Positions 21,428 through 32,723 of a stretch of DNA of 32,903 bases are shown here, piece after piece. This DNA comes from Octopus bimaculoides (taxonomy: Eukaryota). Each line of letters starts with the position of its first letter. Position 1 is the first letter of the stretch. The stretch covers positions 5,146,747 through 5,179,649 of the forward strand of contig NC_068981.1 of the NCBI RefSeq assembly GCF_001194135.2, written 5' to 3'. Under the pieces are notes generated by a model. That model saw only the letters and a list, made by a program, of their open reading frames with translations. It was not told where the DNA came from and searched no databases. The translations under genes were made by a program, and so were the position numbers.

Positions 21428-21741
21428 ATTTTTATTTATTTATTTATGCGCCCTTTTCAAGCCTAGCCTGGCTCATGGGCCCGGTTTCCCGGTTTCTATG
21501 GCGTATGTGCTCTCCTCCTCCCCAGCTGGACGGGACACCAGTCCATCGCAGCGTTACTCAAGAAACAGGAAGAAAGCGTGAGAGAAAGTTGGGGCGAAAT
21601 AGTACAACAGGGGTCGCCACCATCCCTTGTCGGAGCCTCGTGGAGCTTTAGATGTTTTCGCTCAATAAACACACACAACGCTCGGCCTGGGAATCGAAAC
21701 CGCGAGTCCGCTGCCCTAACCACCGGGCCATTGCGCCTCCC
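21428..21741 (-). mobile_element. tRNA-derived SINE with V-domain-like core and (TAAA)n tail
   Basis: Head ggcgcaatggcccggtggttagggcagcgg, B box gtttcgattccc, core ctgcgatggactggtgtcccgtccagc (V-SINE-like); 9-bp direct repeat ctgtatacc at 21415-21423 and 21741-21749. Confidence 0.75.
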
Positions 21742-22909
21742 TGTATACCATAAATACCATGGGTAATATCAGGAAATATGGCATACATAAAATAATTACA
21801 ATTTAATTTTTATCAAATTTCTTTGTGCTTATTACAAAATGATGAAATAAATGCTAATTTTTAAGAGGAAAATATTAACGTAAAATTTAAAGTTCCTCCC
21901 ATAATTACTTCATTTACTCTCTCTTCTCCTCCTTTCCTGCCTATGATTCTCTCTGTGTGTGTATGTATATGTGTAGCGTTCCTTTACTCATTGCCTATCA
22001 CTAAGCCTAGCATGTGCACCCATTTCGCATCTCTTATTTTGGTTTTTTGTATCGCCGACTCTCTCCCTATCTCTATAATGTAAGGCGTGACTGAAATCAA
22101 CCAACCAACAGTTATATCGGCTAGTGTGTGTGTGTGTGTGTGTGTGTATGTATGAAGAAGAATTCACATATTTATGTCTTTTAGACTCGTTAACCTACAG
22201 TAATCATTCTAGAAATTAGATTATGAAGACTAATATAGTAATACTGACACATACACACAGTTTTTTATATTCTTTAACTTCCTCTTTAATATTTCATAAT
22301 TTTCTGAGATATATTTGTACAGGAAACATTTGGAAATCGAACAAACATCAGTATAAAATCTCTCAGACGAGATTTGAATGTGAAACAACGAGAAAAAAGA
22401 CGTTCAAATGTTAGCCGCGACCTGGTTCAGTGTTCGATTCCGCTGCGTGGTGCTTTTAGCAAAGTTTCCATTGTAGCCTCGATTTCGCTAATAGATATTC
22501 TGTCAGTGAAATTTGGTTGACAGAAACTGTGCGGAAGCTCGTCACAGACATATATACATTGCGCCTGTCTATACTAGTGTATAGATTTTAAATAAGAAAA
22601 AGACAACAGCCAATAAATAGAGATCGAAAAAAGTGAATACCATAATGGTTACTGTGGTTGATATGTTTGACAAAAAGATTACATAGAAGGTGGTGCTCCA
22701 GCATGGCCAAAGTCTAATGAAAGAAACCAACTAAACAAATATCTGCCAGAAGGTAAAACCAAAATAACGTTACAAAATAAATCACGAAAATAGATTTGTG
22801 TAGTCATGTAGCAGTTGTCATGAGAGAAAATGACCAGAATTTAATGGTGAATTCTGGTGAAGGTGAGAAAAAAAGGAGAGGCAACAGCGGAAAGCAAATT
22901 AATTATCAA

Positions 22910-23079
22910 CGTGTCTGTGTGGTAAGAAGTTTGCTTCCCAACCACATAGTTCTGGGTTCAATCCCACTGCGTGCTACCTTCGGCAAGAGTCTTCTGCTAT
23001 AGCCTCGTATCGACCAAAGCCTTGTGAGTGGATTTACCTGAAGGAAACCGAAAGAAGTCCGTTGTTGCATGCATGCATG

Positions 23080-23145
<66 letters not shown>

Positions 23146-23331
23146 CTTCACTACCGATGGACAACAGGTGTTGGTGTGTTTACATTCCCGTAACTTAGTG
23201 GTTCGGCAAAAGAGAACCGAGAGAATAAGTACCCAGCTTTAAAAGAATAAGTACAAGGGTCGATTCATTCGACTAAGATTCTTCAAAGAAGTGCTGCAGC
23301 TTGGCCGCAGTTTGATTGAAACAAGTAAAAG
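22910..23331 (+). mobile_element. Family A SINE variant with (ATGC)n(CA)n linker
   Basis: The head and 3' half align to family A; the linker is a long CA run (~23084-23141). Confidence 0.85.
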
Positions 23332-23553
23332 GGGGAGTGGATAGTCAATTACAAATAGAAAATTATGGATAATTCACGAGGTGCACAGAGAAACAGCAAG
23401 AATCCAAACATTAACCTATCCATTCAGTCTGTCAGATTCGAACGTGAATATGCTAATCACTGTTGGGTTTCGTCATTGGAGAATATCTTCCTCTTTGGAC
23501 AATGTGTGTTCGTAACAGGATTTATTGACGTAAAGGGACCGAGATACCGTGGT

Positions 23554-23579
23554 GTTTCGACTTTAATGTGTCTCTTCAG
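23554..23579 (-). ncRNA. Minimal hammerhead core
   Basis: CTGAAGA-gac-acattaaa-gtc-GAAAC; flanking stems I and III are poor. Confidence 0.45.
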
Positions 23580-24984
23580 TCAAAGTTACCCTACTGGACT
23601 TGTGAATCCAATAATTGTACAGGTTATTGTTCCTAAAAACAGCAAACAATGTCTGACAAGCAGATTATTCAAAAAGTACTCGCAGAAATCCGTTTGGTGA
23701 TTTCTATGAAGAAAAGCTTGAACTCTTGTTAGCTTCATTGGTCTGGTGGGGGGAAGCTTTGACTCAGAAGATATACTAAAGACGAAACATCGGTGTTTCA
23801 AAATCCCCTTACAACAATGAGCAGCGTGTTATGTATACACGTCATCTAAAAGGTGTGGGGGGTGTTCTCTGATGACGAAAAGCACTAACGACCATATTCA
23901 TGACCAAATCTGCCAGAATGTATTGAGGAGGAATCGATACCTGAATGTTTAAATTATGGAAGTGAATTAACATTAATTCAATGTATTTGACATCAACTTT
24001 GACCAAAATGTTGCTACACTTTCTTAAAAGATCGCTCAATATTGGAAAAGTTAGTGCTTAGCAGTCTATTCTTAGCAGAAAATGTTATTTTCTACCTCGG
24101 CCATTAGTTCCATTGTTTGAGAAAGAATAGCAAAATGATATTTATGGCGAATTAACTGCAATAGTGTTAAAAGTTGATATAAAGACGCTTCGTTCAATAA
24201 AGTCGTAATAAATTAGTTTTAGATTAAGTAATTTTATGAAAACTTTAATGGATTTAAGCTGTACATGGATGTAAATAAAATGGAGAGACAGATAAACGAA
24301 TGGATAGACAAAGACAGACAAACAGACATTTACATAACGCAAACGTATAAAAGATTGAATTTTTCTTTGTGTCTATATTCATATTGTGGTAAATACTAGA
24401 GCTGGTACTGTAATAATATGACCCACAAACTCATATTGATCCTAACGCAAGTATATCTATATATATGTTGCTAAACTTTAAACTTTTTGGATTTAGCTCA
24501 ACATTATAAAATCTTCAAAATTTTAATTTTAATTTTGTAAGAAGATCGCTTTTTGTTCACCTTTACCCAAAACCTACACTCCTCCGTCTCCCCCACCACT
24601 TCATTTTTCATCCACTATGATCATCTGTTGTTTTGGTCTTCATCTTAAAACAATCTCACTTTGTCACTTCCGCCCGTTTCGCAGTCACGAAAATATTGTC
24701 CACGTGAAGCACGAAGAACGAATATTCACATTTCAGTTTTATAAATTTTCCAGGTTTCAAATGAGAAATGATCAAACAATCACTGATGAAAGCATTTAAA
24801 GTTAAATGGGTAGAAAGAAATGGTTTGAGGAATTTAAGGAATTCCTTAGACTAAACGAAATATTTCCAGGTAAAATTTTAACTGCTTTCATTAAACAGTT
24901 AATCTGACAGAAAAGGTTTCATTTAAAGGAATTGTAAAAAACGGTTTACTGCGTATAGCAGCTTCTAATAGTAAAGAGTTTTTG

Positions 24985-25135
24985 TGTATGTGTGAGAGAG
25001 TGTATGAGAGTGAATGAGTGAGTGAGAGAGTGTGTGAGTGTGAGAGAGAGCATGGGAGAGAGTGAGTGTGAGAGAGTGAGAGTGAGAGAGCGTGAGAGAG
25101 TGAGAGAGAGCGTGTGAGAGAGAGAGAGAGAGAGC

Positions 25136-25167
<32 letters not shown>

Positions 25168-25262
25168 AAGCGTGTATGAGTGAGAAAGAGAGGGAGAGAG
25201 CGTTAGTGAGTGCGTGCGTGATTGAGAGAGTGTGTGTGTATGTGTGTGAGAGAGAGAGAGAG
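24985..25262. repeat. Compound (GA)n/(GT)n microsatellite
   Basis: Mixed gaga/gtgt/gagt low-complexity tract. Confidence 0.9.
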
Positions 25263-26466
25263 TTTGCGTGTTCTTTACAGTATACAGTGTTAGATATCCA
25301 TTTCAGTCGATCTTACCAGTCGGTTTCGCACAGGAATTAGGTAATAATCTAACACTAACATAACATTCATCAAAGATTGTTTGCATGGAAAAAATGGCGA
25401 CGGCTCTCTGCTAACTGGAACTCAGCAGGCTTTTCTTTTTCTGAGAGAGAAACCAATATTCCGTGGTGTAGTGTGTAACTGAATGTGTTTGTATTAATCC
25501 ATTTATGTTAAATACTTTGCTTTTGTTTATGGTTTGCAAGATTCTTGTTATGCAGTTGTGCGTTGTTACATTTTTGTAACTCGGGCGGCTCATTATGCCG
25601 ATAGATAACACTTACTGGTTCTATATCACTTTTTATAAGCTAATTGGTTAACCACTTAACTAGTAGATTGATTAATCGTTCGGTCAATTTTAATTATTTA
25701 ATAAACGTAGAGAACATGTAAAAGATCTTTAACTGATAATGCAGAGAATACAGTTTGTAGAATAAACTTTACGAAAAACAAAAAAAAACCCAGATAACAT
25801 GGCATTAAAAGGTCGAACGAGGATTGTCAGATTTGCTNNNNNNNNNNNNNNNNNNNNNNNNNNNNNNNNNNNNNNNNNNNNNNNNNNNNNNNNNNNNNNN
25901 NNNNNNNNNNNNNNNNNNNNNNNNNNNNNNNNNNNNNNNNNNNNNNNNNNNNNNNNNNNNNNNNNNNNNNNNNNNNNNNNNNNNNNNNNNNNNNNNNNNN
26001 NNNNNNNNNNNNNNNNNNNNNNNNNNNNNNNNNNNNNNNNNNNNNNNNNNNNNNNNNNNNNNNNNNNNNNNNNNNNNNNNNNNNNNNNNNNNNNNNNNNN
26101 NNNNNNNNNNNNNNNNNNNNNNNNNNNNNNNNNNNNNNNNNNNNNNNNNNNNNNNNNNNNNNNNNNNNNNNNNNNNNNNNNNNNNNNNNNNNNNNNNNNN
26201 NNNNNNNNNNNNNNNNNNNNNNNNNNNNNNNNNNNNNNNNNNNNNNNNNNNNNNNNNNNNNNNNNNNNNNNNNNNNNNNNNNNNNNNNNNNNNNNNNNNN
26301 NNNNNNNNNNNNNNNNNNNNNNNNNNNNNNNNNNNNNNNNNNNNNNNNNNNNNNNNNNNNNNNNNNNNNNNNNNNNNNNNNNNNNNNNNNNNNNNNNNNN
26401 NNNNNNNNNNATATATACAGGAGGTTTATAAGAATATATTCGCGAGTCGAACTCCAGCCTGAGATA

Positions 26467-27317
26467 GTGGGTTGGGACAAAATTAGTAACCAGAGTAAAA
26501 AAAGAAGTAATTTCTGATTTCTCGTTATTTCCTCCTTAACTGTTTGAAATTATTACATTGCGTCATGATTTTGCATTGTTACATTATATTTAGGAGTAAA
26601 AATTGGTCAGCATTGTTGTTGTTGAAGTTGAGGGAGTCCGAAATATAATCAGCTCCTCTTTTATTTTCAAGAAATTTTTCCTCAGCTTTCACCCGATTGT
26701 AATTGAGATTACGAATAAAATATCTGGATAATTTTTGCTGTTTAACAATCAATATTTTTTTCTCTGTTGGATTCCAAGTTAATTTTTCCCCACATTTATG
26801 CCTAATTGATAATTTTCAAGCTTCAGAAAACGATGTCTAAAATGGAGTAAAATGAGTAATGACTGATTTCAATAATTTCTTCTTTTATGTTGAGTTTTTT
26901 TTTATTTCTTTATTTAGTAGAGTTTCGCTGATTTCATATCGTGCCATTTTCCCCTGATCCTCTTTCATTTGACCAAGATTAAAAATTTTTTTTTTTTTTT
27001 GGCACTTCAAATCTTTCTGATGTCTAAGGATGGATATTAATGTGTCTGAGTCTCTTTTCTGGAGAACTGAAGCAGCATATTTATCTTATCTTGACTTACT
27101 CATTTTGCCCCAGCCAAATTTGTCTTTTACATGCTCAAAGAGAACGGTAATTATTTTCTAAAACAGTGATCAGATTGTGTTATAGTGCTTTTAATGCATT
27201 TAGGGAAGACCATTTGCTTAGTTGATATAGTTTTTGTAAAGGAGTGAACATTTTTAGAAATAACATTTTGTCTCAACGTCAAAAATGCAGTAAAAACACC
27301 TCATTTTGCCCCACCAC
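26467..27317 (-). mobile_element. Decayed pogo/Fot1-like DNA transposon remnant
   Basis: TA flanks; imperfect TIRs gtgggttgggacaaaat / attttgccccaccac; internal cattttgcccc repeat at ~27101; faint PIFTPK-like translation on the minus strand. Confidence 0.45.
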
Positions 27318-27958
27318 TATAAGTACAGGGAAAAATTTTCATTTGATTATGAACAGAGATTAAATAAATAGAGAAAAAAAAAACAATAACAAGCCTACAA
27401 ACATTACGTTAGAAGACGTTAAATCTACATGGGACAATCCTATAGAGTCGAAAATATCCGGTGAATTAAAAACTGTAATTTCTTCGAATTTATAGGTCTT
27501 AAAGCATCGTAAATTACGATTCTGAATTTTAAAACTTCGCAGGGAGGAATTTTTCTCCTTTCTGGAATTCTGAAGTTTCGATCTGTTTTTCAGATTTATG
27601 TTTTAAGATATTATGCATTTTTTGAAAAATAATAATGTCAGACGTTTAGCACATAAATTTAATTGGAAAAAAAAAATTCAGTAAGAAATTCCAAATTGAA
27701 AGCATAGTGATCTTTCATCTATGCGTTGTGGCCAGTGTGCAGCCAATCGTATCGCCTGGCGCATAGATGCATGACTTGCCATCTAACCGTCAGCGGACAG
27801 ATCTTGACATTTCTTCACAGCGGCCTTCGTACCGCCGGTTACTGCCTGTTCCATTTACTTACATCCTTAGCACAGCAAACTTCTAACCTGCTACTTCTGA
27901 AATTTTAAGTTTTCATGCTTTCCCTCTGACTCCAACATATTCTACGCTCACTTTACTC

Positions 27959-28240
27959 CGCACGAGTGGCTGTGTGACCACATGGTTCCGGGTTCAGTCC
28001 CACTGCGTGGCACCTTGGGCAAGTGTCTTCTACTATAGCATCGGGTCGACCAAAGCCTTGTGAGTAGATTTGGTAGACGGAAACTGAAAGAAGCCCNNNN
28101 NNNNNNNNNNNNNNNNNNNNNNNNNNNNNNNNNNNNNNNNNNNNNNNNNNNNNNNNNNNNNNNNNNNNNNNNNNNNNNNNNNNNNNNNNNNNNNNNNNNN
28201 NNNNNNNNNNNNNNNNNNNNNNNNNNNNNNNNNNNNNNNN

Positions 28241-28278
<38 letters not shown>

Positions 28279-28311
28279 CATGTGTGTGTATATGTTTGTG
28301 TATCTGTGTTT
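27959..28311 (+). mobile_element. Family A SINE 5' half, broken by a gap in the TA linker
   Basis: Head with a ~19-nt deletion, body to gaaagaagccc, N run, then (TA)n and tgtttgtgtatctgtgttt. Confidence 0.85.
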
Positions 28312-29289
28312 TAAAAACAAAACATGCCTTCTGACATTTATTTCTGTATACACTTACTTCCACGTTATATTGGGACATTGCTACATTCGAACACGCAACA
28401 ACCAGCCCCGTTACAACATAGAAAGTACTACATTTAAAACCAGTAACATTGGTGACTACCAATTCACTAAAAAAAATTATTGAAAATGTTTTCAAGATTA
28501 TTTCCAACTCTAATGTGACTGAACGTCCCTGCATTGTATGTTCATTCAGTTTAAGCGTACACAAAAGGGGATTAATATAAAAAAACTGGCTTTGTTTTAG
28601 AATTAAATTCAATTTTCTCTTACCTGAGAACTTTCTGGAAATATCTCCAGGTAAAAAGACTGGATAGCATAAGGAAATCACTTTTTTAAAGCATCTCAAA
28701 TTTTAGCGGGAAAATCGCCATAATCCGTCGCCTAGTTTAATACCAGCACCGCATGGAATCATGGGTAGTTTTAGGAGAGTCCATTCGAATGTAAGCATTC
28801 GTTCGACATTCATGAAATATGGACCGAATCTCCCTTAAATCAGACATGCAATAAATAGGTGCCAAATCTGCCTTGAACTAGAACTATTTCCAGGCATGAG
28901 CACACTGTACACCTGCGCGGGAGTCTCACAGATCTAAGTGCCCAATTCTAATCTAAGAATGCTGTGACTTGCCGTCAATACATAATACTAGAGGGCCAGG
29001 AGTATTGATTTGGCTAGGGGTCGGGGCCTGTAATGGTACAAAGCCAACCCTGCTTTAAACTAGATTCTACCATCTTTAAAAGATAAACACAATCGAAATA
29101 GACGGGTTAGTCAACGGTGGAATAGCTTTGGTTATTGGTCTGATTCATGAGGACTGACTTGGAACCAAACAGCTAATTGAACAAAATAAGCATGTGTTCA
29201 GGGCATCAAGAGAAGTGGGGAACCACAGAAATGGTAAACGGTGTCCGGCACAAAACAAATCGCTTTAAACTTGCTAAAATAACATTCGG

Positions 29290-29406
29290 GATGCCTTTTC
29301 TCTATTATTTATGGAACAAGGAGTGTTAAGTAAGATCAATTTTGAGAATCTGATCAAAGACTTCGCACTTCAAAAAAGTAAGAGAAAGCGTTTCAAATAT
29401 AAATAA
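29290..29406 (+). pseudogene. hAT transposase C-terminal dimerisation-domain remnant
   Basis: Translates as DAFSLLFMEQGVLSKINFENLIKDFALQKSKRKRFKYK*, resembling the hAT C-terminal pattern L..L.IE..IL..IDF.D.I..FA..K.RK. Confidence 0.5.
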
Positions 29407-29720
29407 AGTGGAAGTATACAAAAATAAGCATTATTTTCCATCTTACTGTTAGTTTTGGTTTATTTCGAAAAATAAAAAATTATTTTATGGTTTATTATTC
29501 GTTATAATTTGAATTACACACATGTTGGGGGGTGGGGGTGCAAAAAACATTCAAGCGCTTTAAAGATTTTTAAGCTCTTACAATACGTGCAATACAGCAG
29601 GCAGAAGAGTCTACTACTGTCGTGCACTTATGTAACTGTCTTGCTTCCTTGGCATGTTGAATACGGTATCTTCATTAGCTGTTATTGCTTAAAAACCATT
29701 TCGAGTGTACATAGGACTTA

Positions 29721-30371
29721 TCAGCCTCGAACGCACGTTTTGCCTTTGTATAACCTACTACAGCTGTATGGGATGGAGTACACGCAGTTTTTGGTCATAT
29801 TCTCTTCTATTGGTGGCTTTACCCAAAGGAGATATTTGTGAAGTGTTGTATTACTTTTGAATACTGTCCTGATGTCATTTGGACCGCATATCTTTTGTAT
29901 CTTTTCGGAGAGGCCTTTCACACAGGATAGACAGACTGTGGACAGTTTATCTGTTTCATCCTCTCTTTTCTTCATAATTGGAGTGGAGAGTATGCTTTTG
30001 GGGTAGTTGTTGCTTAATAGATTGCTATTGAGCTTGATCATTTCTTCATGGTGGGTATCACAATCGCTGCTTATATTCTTTGCACGATGTTTTAGGTACT
30101 GAGCAATCCCTCTCTTTACACTGTATGAATAGTGGGGATTGAAGTTGAGGTATCGTCCAGTAAAGTTCGGCTTGCGGTATAAGGATGTCTTGAATCCATA
30201 CTTGGTGCCTGTTATTAATACGTCCAGGAATTCTAGCTGATTGTCTTTTCCCTTTTCCTTTGCGAACTGTATGCATGGCTTTATTGAGTTCACATGATCT
30301 AACAGCACTTGGACATCTTCCTGGTGGGGCCAGAGTATAAAGGTGTCATCAACATATCGCAACCAAGACAC
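29721..30371 (-). mobile_element. Penelope-like element fragment: RT C-terminus (YVDD, thumb), linker and start of the GIY-YIG endonuclease
   Basis: Open 216-codon frame: WLRYVDDTFILW...LEFLDVLI...FKTSLYRKPNFTGRYLNF...KRGIAQYLKHRA...NNYP...RTVFKSNTTL...CVYSIPYSCSRLYKGKT (VY-YIG-like). Truncated at both ends. Confidence 0.88.
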
Positions 30372-30500
30372 CTGATGAAAGCTGGAGGGTATATCAGCCG
30401 AAACGTTGTGTTAACAACAAACAAAATGAGGACAAATATCCGTCAAATGTAAATAATGTAAATAATGTACATAATCCCTCATTTCTTAAATATAAAACTA
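30363..30500 (+). mobile_element. PLE pseudo-LTR segment in inverted orientation to the RT ORF
   Basis: Abuts the 5'-truncated RT; contains the HHR and atgaggacaaatatccgtcaaatgtaaataatgta, which is also present at 2528-2561. Confidence 0.75.
30367..30412 (+). ncRNA. Minimal type I hammerhead ribozyme motif in the PLE terminal repeat
   Basis: gacac-CTGATGA-aagctg-gagggtatat-cagcc-GAAA-c-g-t-T-gtgtt. Five-bp stem I (gacac/gtgtt), stem II gctg/cagc, loopless palindromic aacgtt stem III; the triplet reads GUU. Confidence 0.75.
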
Positions 30501-30832
30501 ACAGACATAATGTTGATACAGATGAATGTCAAATGTATTGGAGATATAATGGTCGTCAAGGTGAGAGTTGTAAGACAAAGTAACAGTATCGATTCCTTAC
30601 AATATTTACTCCACTTCTCCGATACTGGTGAGCGCAAAACTCCCAAAGTTCGATCGTATGTTTCATCCATTCAAAATCGATAAAAATAAATATTAATAAT
30701 TGATGCAGAATATTGACGGGTTCTTGTATAAATAAAATAGGGTCCAGTGGATGTAAGACAAAACATTGTTTTATCAGATAGAAGAAAGGAATTGTAGAAA
30801 AGATCAAAGGGAAACGAAATCAATAAAAGGAT

Positions 30833-30835
<3 letters not shown>

Positions 30836-30898
<63 letters not shown>
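30836..30898. repeat. (TG)n microsatellite
   Basis: Pure TG run. Confidence 0.95.
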
Positions 30899-30901
<3 letters not shown>

Positions 30902-31489
30902 AGAAGTATGGCGAACCACTGGTTTAAGGTTAGTGACAGCGTAAGGATTTAGAGTTAGGGTTAGATTGCACACTGAAGTGGCACTAAATAAAGTACCAGT
31001 CATATTCTAGGATCGATCGAGGTATCGAGTAATCCCCCACCCCCTCAAAACTGGTATCATCCTGTCAAAATTAGAAGCCATTTTTTTTTCTGTAATATTT
31101 AAGTAATACTTTCTTCAAGAAAGTCATTAACAGGTTTTCTCAAAGACAAAGCGGGGGTGGAGAAGAATTAGAGAAAATTCTAACGCTTGTTCGTTTTGTA
31201 ACATTTTTGGTAAAGGTTATGTCTAGAAATTGGTCGAAGTGAAAGAATCTATTTATGGTAAGTAACGACAGAAAGTAAGAAAGAGAGAAAGAAAGAAAGA
31301 AAGAAAGAAAGAAAACAAAAGCACGGCGAAAAGTTCCTTTGTTGTCTGGAATAAATTTGAGACAGAAATCATTTTGTCATTCACCGAATTTCATCCAAAT
31401 AACGATTAAATACATAAAGAGATATTAAGGCAAAGAGACAAAGAAGCGAGACGGAGAAAGAGGGAGAAAGGGGGAGAAACAAAGAAATG

Positions 31490-31494
<5 letters not shown>

Positions 31495-31522
<28 letters not shown>

Positions 31523-31609
31523 AGGGAGAGAGAGAGATGGATAGGCAAGTGGACAGATGTATGTATGTACACACACACACACACACACGCATACAGATAG
31601 ATCGATAGT

Positions 31610-31645
<36 letters not shown>

Positions 31646-31740
31646 CAGATGGGTACACTGAAAAATAGATTGAGCGATCGATCTATCGATAGACAGACAG
31701 ACAGATTGATAGATAGATAGATAGTCACAGATAGACAGAC

Positions 31741-31785
<45 letters not shown>

Positions 31786-31873
31786 TAGATAGACAAACAG
31801 GCAAGCAGGCAGGTAGACAGACAGGCAAAGCAGGCAGGTAGACAGACAGGCAAGCAGGCAGGTAGACAGACAG
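31495..31873. repeat. Compound tetranucleotide array (GATA/GACA/GGCA) with a 24-bp higher-order unit
   Basis: GATA and GACA runs, then aggcaagcaggcaggtagacagac three times at 31799-31871. Confidence 0.9.
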
Positions 31874-32601
31874 ATGTTATTAAACGATATGCGGTGGCAT
31901 TATAGCTTAGGAATGGCTAATAAGTTCAGAATGAATCACGTGCAATTATAGACGGATTGTCTGGGTTTGGGTCTTTGTGACGAACTTCAAATAATTTTCT
32001 TTGTTTCCCGAAGACCAGCAATTTTCAGGATGTGAACAACACTTGTCAAATGGACGACAATTGGAACGAAATATCGATATAACCATTAAAAATCAATCAG
32101 ATTATTCGACATACTAATAAGATGACTGAACAGGCGAAAATCGAAGAACAATGGCAGATTATTTATCTTAAATATCTTTGTCAATGACCCAAAAGTATTT
32201 GTAGTTATAAATAACTCGTAGAAACATACTGAAATGAACGAGTGTTTATCGGATAATCATAACGTCTGTGAGTGCATAGATTTAAGATTTAAGATCAAAG
32301 AAAAGAGAAAGATTCTGGAAAACATATGTCGTCCATTTTGGATAAGATATCTTCAGTCTCACGTGTGGAAACGGCAAAGGCTTTTCAGTGGATAATTTCA
32401 ACAACTTATAGATGGGATCTAAGATGGCGATAGATAGGCGAAAGAGGTAATAAATACAATATGTAATAGATCAAGTTTGTCAGCCGTTTAAAAATTGACG
32501 ATTAAGAACAATTAAAGATTACGGTAATCTTTCCCCTCCAACATACTATTCAACTTTGCAATATATATGTGTGTATATATGTATGTTTGTATGTATGAAG
32601 A

Positions 32602-32723
32602 AGGCGCGTGGCTCAGTGGTTAGGGCATTCCGGCTCACGGTCGTAAGGTCGTGAGTTCGATTCCCGGCGACGCGTTGTGTCCTTGAGCAAGACACGTTAT
32701 TCCACGCTGCTCCAGTCCACTCA
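32602..32723 (+). mobile_element. Family C SINE, 5' part
   Basis: ggcgcgtggctcagtggttagggc (A box), gagttcgattccc (B box), gttgtgtccttgagcaagacac...ctccagtccactca. Confidence 0.8.

Noticed and set aside
23365-23700. 111-aa ORF (also 2959-3396, 7024-7416, 29509-29841, 27953-28699)
   Set aside because: No recognisable domain or splice context; they overlap repeats or the antisense strand of the PLE, and ORFs of this length are expected by chance.
23866-23882. ctgatgacgaaa, and ctgatga at 24783, as hammerheads
   Set aside because: There is no usable stem II in the first, and no correctly placed GAAA or stems I/III in the second.
30909-30921. hAT-like right TIR tggcgaaccactg
   Set aside because: No matching left TIR or TSD was found upstream.
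32325-32360. Minus-strand ctgaaga...ggacgacatatgt as a hammerhead
   Set aside because: It has a palindromic acatatgt but the GAAA is missing; too degraded to call.
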